Source: Basidiobolus meristosporus CBS 931.73
Lineage: Eukaryota > Fungi > Basidiobolomycota
Reading direction: 5' to 3'
NCBI GenBank assembly: GCA_002104905.1
Contig: MCFE01000276.1
Location: 41,112-105,111 of the forward strand
DNA: 64,000 nucleotides
Shown here: positions 39,984-51,355 of the stretch, in pieces
Layout: every line of letters begins with the position of its first letter
Position numbering within the stretch: the stretch's first letter is position 1
Position numbers and translations under genes: made by a program
The notes under the pieces: model-generated
What the model saw: the letters and a program-made list of their open reading frames with translations, nothing else
Told to the model about the DNA's origin: nothing
The model's database searches: none

Positions 39984-40732
39984 ATGCAGAGTGATAGCTC
40001 TGATAAAGAGGGTTCACTGATGGATTTTGAGCCTATCTCCCCAAAAACGGTACCATGCATGAGCCTGGTCATATCCCAATATGCAATAAGAGAGCACCTG
40101 TTGAAGCAAATGCCAAGGATACTTTATGGAGCCAAGCAAGCTCAGTAATCCACCTACTGCTGAAGGATGTAATGATGTGGCTAGAGAAGTGGCACATTTG
40201 CACTAATATCAGTAATGGGGGCTTCAAGATTATATGACCACTTCTGGCAAAAATCATTCTGGGATGCAACTAACCATGTGCATGGTACAAGTGGACAGCC
40301 ATCATGTGGCTGGCAGCATATGGCCCAGAGACTGTCCTGGCTCCATTGTGTGTCAACAGTTGCCTGGCATTTACTTCCAAAAATGCCACCATTGCAACAT
40401 GCTCAGTTTCTCAGGAAACCACTACCATTGCTGGAAAATATTTTTCACCCTCTGGATGAATTCCAGCTAAACCCCATCTTAAGAAGCTCATCCAGTCTGA
40501 TAGATATTGCAAAGCTATAAAGTACTGCACTCATTATCAATCAGGTGCAAACATATTGAATGTATATGATGGCAAACATTACAAACAGTTAAGAAGCAAG
40601 GGTTACTTTGAAGGTATGTATAACCATGCCTATGCCTTAGCACCTAGTGGATCCTCATTAAATAGGTACTCTAATAGCAAATCCTGCTGGCCACTGATTC
40701 TCATCAACCTGAATCTGCCAGCTATTTTACAG

Positions 40733-41534
40733 CAAGGTGGTGTAGAGGTACTCCTGGGAAAAGCTACACAACTCAAGGTGTGTGAGGTGTCTGATGGGTG
40801 CAATAACCTCGGTGTCTAAACAGCTGGTGTCTTTGTCAATATGTCACTATGGTAAAACTCCTGCTTCTCTAGCTTCCTTGATGCTTGAAGTGTCTTCAAA
40901 GGTAACTTTAAGTCTTGTGCACTACCCTGAAAAGCTCTTTGATGGCAATTCTGAGGTGTTACAGTTAAAGGTAGGTGTAGTGATCAACTGCTAATCTATA
41001 AGGGGAAAGTGTGGCTCATAGAAGGGATGATTATTGATGAGGGATTGACTTCCCTTAGATACTTTTCCTAATTGCCAAGTGATTACCAATGACAAGGTTC
41101 TAGAATATTTCAGGATTCAGTGGAATTCTTGATGACATAACAATGAGCTAAAAATATGCAAAGAAGGTCCTGGTAGGTTCTAAAGGGCACAGCACATCCT
41201 ACCAATAAGGGATCAGTAGTCTGAAAACTGTGTAACATCAAGATACCATATAAGGTACTTAAAGGCTAGAGATGGTAACACAGAATTGTGTTGTGTGTCA
41301 TGGGAACTGATGTGGGTACTTGCCTAATGGAGATACATATACAGATCACAAATCAGAATAACATCTGGGATAACTAATGCTAATAACTAATCAGGGTAAA
41401 TATCATATGGAGATAATACTAAAAACATGCTTACCAGAAGAATGGGATAATGCTGATAAGATAAATATGGATAAGTACATCATAATAGCTATATGTATAT
41501 ACTTGTCTGTGGAAGGTAGATATACCCTACCACA
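40733..41534 (-). repeat. 802-bp solo LTR (same family as 49080-49881)
   Basis: Reverse-complement homolog of the same length; transposase continues across it; flanks ACAG/ATGG. Confidence 0.82.
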
Positions 41535-42615
41535 ATGGTATCAGAGCAAAAATCTGATGGTAGTCTCACTGGTTTCTGGGCATAAATCACTGTCCAACCT
41601 GGATAGCTGCCTGTATCAAATGGAGGATGAAATTTGTATGCTTTACAGTGGGATAACTGCAAAAGGCTGCTATGTCAAAGCTCAATTTACTATCTGTATT
41701 GGTGATACCCCAGCTATCAGCCAGATAGCCAGCTTTTCTGGGCACAATGGATGGTACTGTTGTCCAATGTGTGAGTTCCAGGGGATTTACTCCATAACTC
41801 ACACTCACTATTATTACCCAAGCACCAACACTAAGAATATCATCTTCCAACCAAGAGAACATACAGATGTCAGCATGCAATTGTAGCAAAGTTGGTAAAC
41901 TATAAGTCATTGGCCAGAATCTAGAATTATCTAGAAACTGGATATGGTTAAGATTGAGGTTATCTGTTGGAGCAAAAACCTTTCACTAAGAGCAATGCAT
42001 TTGCTTTCCAACAATATTCCTATACTGAGACTACGTTTTCATGGGGCATTTCAGGCTAAATGAGCACTTTGAGATGCCAGAGAAATTGAGAATAGTTGGC
42101 AAGATATTACAGAGTATCCACTACCCTGAATACTTCTTACAGGCTCCAATCAATACTCATGTTCAAATGCTATCATACAAATGCAAAGACTGGATGAACT
42201 GGATATATATTTATTCAAGTGGCCTACCAAAGCCATTCCTACCCAGAGTGCATTGGGAGCATTTGGAGTCATATGTGGATGTTGTAGGAATATTGATTTA
42301 GAGGCAGATCACCAATGCCAACTTGGCACATCTGCAGCTGTTGTGCAAGGAATTTGTGACAGGATTTGAGCAGCTATTCTGCTAACATAAAGCTGAATGG
42401 ATAGATCTCTGCCATTATTGTATCCATTCTCAACTCCATCTTGCTTGATATATGGAGAACATTGGGCCTTGCTTCACCTTGTGGGAGCTTCCTATGGAGT
42501 GGATGTGTGGGGAAATAGACAGACAAGTCAAGTTGCAGGTACTATCATATCCCAATTTCATTAAGAATATTACCTTCAAGTCCATGATAGATGTGATGAG
42601 TTGGTACATGGAGGA

Positions 42616-43289
42616 TGTTTTGCATCAATATCTAAAACTTGGCCAATTTCACTCAGTTAAATCTAGTACCCTAACTGATTTTCCCTAACCCCAACATAAC
42701 TAATACCTGTTATGGTTTATTTTATCACTTCTCAGAATCTATGTTTAGCTGCCACACCTGATCAATATTCATGTGGTCATTACATCCTTGACTGATCTGC
42801 TAAGCCTTTCCAAGTGATTAGTCAACTGAGATTTATCCAACCACTTAGCAGTTGCCAAAACATCAGCTGCTTAATGATGCAATTTTTCATTTATTTTATG
42901 CACCTATTAACACCCCAACAGACTTCAATTAGTCCAGTCTCTTGGCACCTACTAATGCAACTCAATCAGAAAAGTATAAATAAAGTTTACTGAGCCTTTT
43001 TGTTTAGTGTGTGTCTCAACAAAATTAACAATTCAACAAATCCATTCTAGCTTCTACCCAAGCTTAGGATATCTAGTACTCTCAAGAATACCAAACCTAG
43101 CCTGCATAGCAAACCTACTCTGTTGCCTTTATAGCCCAATTCAGCTATATATAAGACCAATATTAGACCAGAGCCTCTCTGCTGATATTTCTGGCACTCT
43201 TGACAATTCTAAGACTCTGCGCTTAGTTGTCACTTAGGTTCAGTTAGCTCATTCAAGAGTTTTATTACAATTTTCTCTTGGATACAACA
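42616..43289 (+). repeat. 674-bp solo LTR of another family, 5-bp TSD GAGGA
   Basis: TGTTTTG...ATACAACA, GAGGA both sides, internal TATAAATAAA; CACTA sequence rejoins across it. Confidence 0.88.
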
Positions 43290-45985
43290 GAGGACAACTA
43301 GGAAGAGTTGGAAAATTCTGAGGACAGATGTGCACATGGAGACACCCATGCCTATGGAATTAAGAAGCTAAGCAGACCTAATGAGTGGTAATCAGTCAAT
43401 GCAAAGTTGAGTTGGGTGCAATAAGCAACTAATTTCTATTAGGAAAGCTCTATCAAAATATGTGGGTTTCTCTTGGTCACAAGCCAACTTCTACACCATT
43501 CAATGTGGAATTAACACAAGCAAGAGCCAGAATGCACCTTTAAGGAGGACTGGAATCCAGCAGAGAAAATGAGTATAGTGGCTCCACACCAGAAGGTTCC
43601 TAGCATATATTCAGGAGGTATTCATGGGAGAAGTGGTGGCAACCAAGCATATGTATGCAAGATATTTATGTTACCAGCTGTACAAGTTATATGGCTACTT
43701 TGTGAGTATCACATAAAAAAGCCACAAAGTTGAGGCAATAGAAGTATGTCAGTTGAGGCAGGTGTGCACATTTTTAGAGGATACTAAGCAGGATGCCATA
43801 GTTTTTTTGATTCAAACTATATGTGGAATACCCAAGGTAGTAGTGGGTAAGCAAATAAAGAGGGGTAAATCTACAGTGTAATATACAAATTGCACAAGGG
43901 GAGGTAGAAAAAAAAATACCATTTGGTGAATTGGTATGGTAGCATTATGCAAAACTAGCTGTAGGTCACTTTACTGCCATGAAAATGCCATCAGTGACTT
44001 GCAATGAAGCCGTCATAACACTGTCAAGTTTTTTGACATAAGAGGCAAATGATGTACTGCCCAGTCAGATCTATTTAGAATATTTGTAGAGTGCATTAAG
44101 ACTGTGATAATGCCATGCAATTAATGCTACAGCACCAATCAAACCCCATCAAGTTTTTTAACTTTATTTGGCAGTAAAATTAGCTAAACACCGTTGTGAT
44201 CCGGTCATAATACTGTCAGGAGAGTGACTAATTCCAAGCTGCTGTTATTATATCAGTATCCAAATGGGATCCTGACAGCTGATCTGGATTAATTTACCTG
44301 CAGGACCAAATTATTTTTCATAGGGTCTGTTGTTAGGGGAAATAGTCTCACAATCCATCAGTGAGCCAGCTTCTTCAGAGCTATTACTCTGCCTGTCATA
44401 TTCAGAAGGCTGGGCTAAGCCAAAAGGTGTCACAAGCTTGCCTGACTCAGTTTGCACATGGTTACAAAGATGGCCAGGTGCCAATATAGAAGTATCAGCT
44501 GGCTAGCAAGATATTGCTGGTACAGTAGTGACTGATGACTGGTCAACTATGACTTGTGTAGCAAAACACTGGCTATGCTCCTTGTAATACTTCCTATGAT
44601 GTCTGCATGCTTCATGGCTGAGAAGCTTGTTACAATAGCCACATGGCCTTCTTTCTCTTCTCTTACGGCATTGAATCAAAGTGGTTCTTTTTATGAGGCA
44701 AACAGTTTGTTACTTAACATAGTAATGCTGCTATATCATTCCTTTGTCAATACTAATGTGATTTAAAACAGTCATGTATTTGAGACATTCCATCCAAAGG
44801 AATATAAGATTTTATGATGACACAATACACTAAGCATTATAAAGAATGCTCTGGCACCACATACAAATGTATATGTAATAGCATTTCCCCTCTGGTTTGA
44901 CTTACTCTCATTTATATGTTGCCAATACATGAAGCAAAGTTGTCTGGTTCCCCACCTAACCCCATGGATGACAACAGCTTGCTCTGACATTCGGTGCTAC
45001 AAGCTGGGTTGCAACCAAAAAAGACCCTATAGATGGTGTGCACATTGAAGGTAATAATGCAGACTCCTCAGGCTCTCAATCAGGTAGGCAATGGTGTATC
45101 TCTGCAGAGCCAAAAGCTAACCATAACCCTCAGGCAGATGAAAGTTTACTAAAGCAGTACCTCCAGGTGAAGACTGTGGGTTATTACTAACTGTACCTGG
45201 TGAGTGGGAGAGCTTGTAGGTCAAGTCAGTACCACTTGGTTCAGAATAGCTTCCAATAAATGTTTGCAAGGTAATAAAGGCTTTGTGTTTATTTTGTCCA
45301 AATCCTCTTGTCCTCTCACTTGGCTCAATTGGGTAGATATATATATCACTTGGGGGCTTAGATAATAGTCAATGAGTTATAAAATAGGGGTGTGAACACC
45401 TTCCTGTTATGGTAAGTGTTTTAACTAGATAAGGGCAGGGATAGGAGGGAGGGCGCAGGGGGGAGTCATAGGGAGGATACCGTGGGACTTTGGGTAGGAC
45501 TCTGGGGAGAACTCTTGGGCAAGGAGTGGGTACTGCATTTAGTACTCACATATCCCGGGGGTTAAGAGGGAGCTTTGTCCTCAAAGTTCTTTTGACTAAC
45601 TTGCTTCTCCAGGGTCAATTCTGTTTGCAGAGAATGGGGAGTCACCATAGTACCATTGCTGGTTGTCACTTGTGAGGGGGTTGTGGGCAAATATCTGAAA
45701 CCATTTGGTGGCAGAGTGGGGTGCAGCTTGCATTGCTCAAGGGATGTTTTCTACAGAGCCAAATAGTTGGCAAACCTTAGGGTTCTGGGTAAGTTCCTTG
45801 GGAGGGTTGGAGTACAAGAAAAGGTGCAATAGCGCAATAAAGTCTTGCTTCTTTATCTTGCAAACATTGTTGGGGCTTGTTCTTTTTGTATTCAATATGA
45901 TGGCAGGGGACCTCCTGAAGAGGGCATACACTCAGATGGCAGTCACCTGTTGTTGGTAACATGTTTTTGCTTGTTCTGAGACATA

Positions 45986-47205
45986 AGACTTGTTTTGTTG
46001 GATAGTGCCACATAGTGCCAGCCTGTTTATAGTGCCGGATTGATCCGGCACCATATGACACTATCTGGCACTATAATTTCTACCATGATGCCAGTGGTAT
46101 GATACAGCTACTGGTAATTTTACTCAATCTTATTTATGTTGCTCAGAATGGTGCTTTACTTGCTTTATTTACTTTTCATAATGCTCCAGACACATTTCTC
46201 TCAGTGGATGTCTTCTTGTATGACCATACTGTGCATTAATAAGTATCTTAGCTATTTTACCTATTAGACTTGTTGCCTTAAGCCATTGATCATAGTGCCA
46301 GAAAGTACTGTATAATTTGTTATTAATTTGATATTTTAGGGTCATATGCATGTCAATTTTGATCCTAAATTGGCTCTGTATGGCACCATCCGGCACTCTG
46401 TGGCATGATCAGGCTCCATCCAGCATGCTATGGCACTATTGGGCACTATGATCAGCTGGAATGATGGAACAAGTCTATTCTGCTGTTTTCTCCTATATAT
46501 GACTTTCCTCTGTATTTACCTGCCAATATGCTGAATCTCTTCAGATATCCAAATGTGTGCTCTACCCTCACTCTGAAAGGATTAAATATCTCATTGTAAA
46601 GCTTCTGCTTCCTGCTAAGCACACCATTCCTTGGCTTCCTATAAGCTGTAATACATCCTAATCTGTGACAATCCTCTCCTATATAGGCTAATTCTGCCAT
46701 ACATTTCTCCCCTCTACTGAATTCAGGATAATTTTTTACCCAGAGTGCTTTGTCATGCCTACTTCCAGCAAATGACCCACTAAACCAGATGATGTTACCC
46801 TCAATGTCAGACAGTGCTTGAAACTTCACACAGTGTGCCTTGTACTTGCAAGAATAAAAGTGCCTCTGCCCTCTAGAAGGTCTGTTAATCCTCACTGGGA
46901 AGGTATCTAAAATACTCCTTATATGGAACTTGTTGCTGAACACTCTGGGATATGGAAGTCTATTGGAGCTTCTGAACCTATTATTCCAAGCTTGCTCCAA
47001 GTCATTCATACACTCTGCAAGGTGGTTCTCCATTGCTGTCAGCTGGGAATGAAAGCTTCTAGGACTTTTGTTGCCATGGATGGTGGGATGAAACCTTGTG
47101 GGGCAATAGTTCTTGTAATAGCAGAGAAGCTTAACAAGGGATCTCCTTGAGTAGATTGGGGTAGATGGACCACAGTACTTGGTATAGATCTCCTCTAGTG
47201 TATCA
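45986..47205 (-). mobile_element. Second DDE_Tnp_4 element, 5'-truncated; right end approx
   Basis: Terminus AGACTTGTTTTG at 45986 with TAGTGCCA repeats; open frame from about 47205 to 46480, resuming after the MITE (GKIAKILINAQY). Confidence 0.88.
46266..46476. mobile_element. 211-bp mini-MITE inserted in its cognate transposase, TSD ATT
   Basis: AGACTTGTTG...GGAACAAGTCT, ATT both sides; the empty site CCTATTCTG is seen (reverse complement) in the copy near 24780. Confidence 0.92.
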
Positions 47206-49079
47206 TTTCATCTGTAGGACAGTAAACTAAGTTAACCAAGTTATTCTCCAAAGCTTCATGTATGAATTGAAGTCTAATATCTATGTGCTTAGTTCTAGCA
47301 TGAAAAGTTGGATTTCTACATAATTGTATACATCCTTAATTATCTTGAAATAAAGTATCAGGCTTTTCTTTGGCATAGACCTCAATTTGTAAAAAGCTTT
47401 CTTAGCCACATAGCTTCTATTGTAGCTTCACTGGCTGCCATATGCTCTGCCTCAGTGGTGGAAAGTGCTAAATTGGTTGCTTACTTGCATTCCATGAGAT
47501 TGCTTCTTTTCAGTAAGGACAGATGTATTCTGTGGTGGATCTTCTGTCTTCTAACTTTTGTCCCCAATCAGCATCAGGGTATCCCACAAGGTCCTGTACT
47601 AAATCCTTATAAGTGTATCATCAGCAGATATCAGCAGGTCCTTCAAGGTATCTAAAAATCCTCTGAACTTCTGCAATACAATCAGATCCATATTTCTGAT
47701 TATCCTGGCTGACAACTCCCACTGAATGCAAGATATCTGGATGTGTTCCAAGCATGCTATGCATCAGACTGCTGTGCATATATTGATAAGGAAAGTCAGG
47801 GCTTTCAGATAACACTAAGGTCTCCTGATGTGGTTGAGTTTTGACCAAGTTAAGGTTTGTCTCCATCCCTGTGAAAAATTATTGAGATGATCCCATCAAA
47901 AGGTATCACAAAGTTAAAGTCCCATTATTAAGAGGTGCTGATCTTGTTGGGACACTGTCCAGAGACAGTTGAAAAATAACTGCACCCCAGATTTCACAAA
48001 AAACTTGATCAAAATATTTCATCACAACAATGTATAAGTGGCTTTTGATTGGTTCCCTGCCTATTTGCTAACTTTCAGATCCCAGACACTCTATTGCCTC
48101 CTATATATGTGTGCATTGATTGGCTATTGCCTCTTTTTAACACTCCTTACTTCCTGACTCAACTGTTTCTCTTACTTTTTGTATGTACCAATTGATTTAT
48201 TTCTGTTGAAACTTCAGTTATACCTTAATTGCCAATTGCATTGACCTATACAGGTCTCTATACCTTACATTAACATTAAGCCCAACCCAACACTCAACAA
48301 GTAACTCCATTATAATCCATCACTCAATAAGTATTTCTGTTGTAATGCTCTGGTTCCACAACTTTGGCAGGAACCCAATGGCTTTATGCCACTGTTCATA
48401 CACTGGTTCCTACATGTCCTGGTCTTCAGCTGGCTCTGTAAGGTCTAGCACCTCATCTGCCAGTCTTTGCAATAAATCCTTGCAATATACCAGAGTGTTT
48501 TCTTGAGCACTGCTCTTAAAGATGTGCTGCAACCTCTTGGTATGCCTATTAATGCTCCATAACTCCACTGAAGGCATTGTGATAGCCTTTCAAGCTCTTG
48601 ACATTGTAGCCTTGCCTGTTAGTGGGATCTCCACTCTGTCAACAATGGAGGATGTGGAGGCTGTGTTAGATAAATTGCCTTTTTCAGCCAACTCATCAAC
48701 CTTGCTGAAGTGTAGCTCAACTGGCTGCGCTTCCCACTGTTGTGAAAACAGCTGTTTTCTTGTTGGTAATTCTTCTTGGCTATGTTGGGATTCAGTCTGT
48801 TTGTGGCTTGTGGTGTTAATTGGCAAGAACTGCAGTCTTTGTGCATGCCTCCCTGTCTCAGGCTTGGGTAGACATTTTTCCCTTTACCTTTTCCTTTATC
48901 ACTGCAAGGTCTTCCACTGCTACTTTGTCTTAGTGCTTCTTGTAAAGAACTACATTTTCTCCTTGATAAATTCTGCTCTGACATATCTATTTTGGCCTGC
49001 TTGTCCCTTGCTGGCACTCTTTTGGCAACCTGATGTTTCTTTTCTGCTTGTTTTGAGCTATCAACCACAGTTGTGATGG

Positions 49080-49881
49080 TGTGGTAGTGTAACGTACATC
49101 CCTCGGATAAGTTTATTCAAATAGCCATTACAATATACTCATCCATATTTCATCTTATCAGTATTATCCACTTCTTCTTTTGCCCATATTATCAGTATTA
49201 TCCCCATATGATGTTTACCATGGTTAGTTATCTGCATTAGTTATCCAGATGTTATTCAGCATTGTGATCAGTATTTGTATCTACATAAGGCAAGTGCCTA
49301 TGTCAGTACCTGTGACACATGACCTAGGTCTGTGTTACCATCCATACCACTTCAATACCATATATGGTATTTCTATGTTGCGCAGATTTAGACTACTGAT
49401 CCCTGATTGGTTGGATGTTCTGTCCCTTTTAGAGCCTTCCAGGACATTCTTGGCATATTCTTAGCTCATAGTGATGTCATCAAGAATTCCACTGATGCCT
49501 AGAATTTTCTAGAACTTTATCATTAGTAATCACTTGGCAATCAGGAAAAGTATTTAAGGGAGAGTAATCACTCATCAATAAATCATCCCTTCTATGAGCA
49601 ACACTTTCCCCTTATAGATAAGTAGTTGATCACTGCACCTACCCTTAACTGTAACACCTCAGAATTGCCATTAAAGAGCTTTTCAGGGTAGTGCACAAGA
49701 CACACAGAGGCCTTTGGAGACACTTGGTGCACCTAGGAAGCTAGAGAAGCAGGAGCTTTTACCATAGTGGCATATTGACAAAGACACCAGCAGTTTAGAC
49801 ACAGAGGTTATTGCACCCATCAGACACCTCACACACCTTGAGTTGTGTAGCTTCTCCCAGGAGTACCTGTACACCACCACA
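49080..49881 (+). repeat. 802-bp solo LTR, 4-bp TSD ATGG
   Basis: TGTGGTAGTG...CACCACCACA, ATGG both sides, TATTTAA and AATAAA inside. Confidence 0.9.
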
Positions 49882-51117
49882 ATGGGCTCCTGTAAAAGCA
49901 GCTGGTTTTTATCACTGCCAGGTCCTTCACTGATACTTTGACTGTGTGCTTCTTAAGTGGTACTATGCTTTACTATGGCAGGTCATCATTGAATCTTACA
50001 TTCATGTAGGTGTAATATCTCAAATACAAGACTGTCTTAAGTGCACATGAGTATTGACTAAAAAGTGATATAATAGCATTAGGTTGTTGAAGGTCACACT
50101 GTTTGCCCCATGGACAAGACTACTTAGATTCAATGCCGTAAAAGAGAAAAAAGACCATGTGGCTATTGTGGTAAGCCTCTCAGCCTTGAAGCATGCAGAC
50201 AGCATAGGAAGTTTTACAAGAATCACAGCCAGTGTTTTGTCACCCAAGTCATATTAGACCATTCAGCAGTCACTACTGTACCAACATTATCTTGCCAGCC
50301 AGTTGATACTTCTATATTGGCACCTGGCTGTCTTTGTCACCTTGCACAAACTGAGTCAGGTGAGTCTGTGACACCTTTAGGCTCACCTCAGCCTTCTGAA
50401 TATGGCACACAGAGTGATAGCTCTGACAAAGAAGGTCCATTGATGGATTTTGAGCCCATCTCCCCTAACAACAGTACCATGTATGAGCCCAGTCAAATCC
50501 CTATATGCAATGAGAAAACATCCATTGAAACAAATACCAAGGATACTTCATGGAGCCAAGTGAGCCCAGTAATCCATCCACTCGTGAATGATGTAATGTT
50601 GTGGCTATAGAAGTGGCCTGTTTCAACTAATATCAGTGGTGGGGGCTTTGAGGATTTATCACTACTTCTTGCCAAAATCATACTGGGATGCAGCTTACCA
50701 TGTACATGGTATAAGTGGACAACCAGCATGTGGCTGGCAACATATAATACAGAGACTGTCCTGACCATACCTTTGATTTAGCACTTGATGGATTCTGTTG
50801 TGTTGTATTATGATTAGTTTGGGGCTTGTTCTACAATGTAGAGCCTAATCAACAATATACAACAACTTCCAGTATGCTAATACTGAAATAGTTTATTGGG
50901 GGTTTGATATACCAATGGAAGATATAACTTTCACTAATTTCCTTAATCTTAGGCTCAAAATATACTGTAGGCAGTGTTTATCACTTTTACAGCAGTGTTC
51001 TGACCTTCTGTCAACTAATGGGCTAATTTACTTTTATAGTAAATTTACCTTATTTGGAAGTCACTTTCCTTTCTGAGAAGATATTTCCTGATATGGAAAT
51101 TCTGAACTCCCCTTTAA

Positions 51118-51355
51118 CCTAAAGGGGTATGTTGTAGAAGTCTCTGAAGGGGTCTTTAGACCTAAAGGGGTGTCTCAAGGGGTGTCTCTAGAGTAAAGGG
51201 GCTTCTTGTAGTGGTCTCTAAAGTGGACTTTACACTAAAGGGGTGCCTAAAGGGGTGCCTAAAGGGGCTTCTTTAGAGCAAAGGAGTTTCTTGAAGGGGT
51301 CTCTAAAGGGGTTTTTAGACTAAAGGGGTGTCTAAAGGGGTGTCTTTAGAGTAGG
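51118..51355. repeat. Degenerate about 12-bp tandem array (TAAAGGGGTGYC-like) in a 1.25-kb foreign segment
   Basis: Repeated AAAGGGG cores, e.g. TAAAGGGGTGCCTAAAGGGGTGCCTAAAGGGG. Confidence 0.75.

Larger units (their letters stand above)
36786..44325 (+). mobile_element. CACTA copy nested in another CACTA copy; left about 180 bp missing
   Basis: Accessory ORF on - (about 37100-38950), transposase on + (to about 43900), right end AATTATTTTTCATAGGG at 44325. Confidence 0.78.
35803..45160 (-). mobile_element. CACTA host copy in two pieces (35803-36785 and 44326 to about 45160)
   Basis: Transposase 5' region reads through, minus about 30 bp, when 36786-44325 is removed. Confidence 0.65.
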
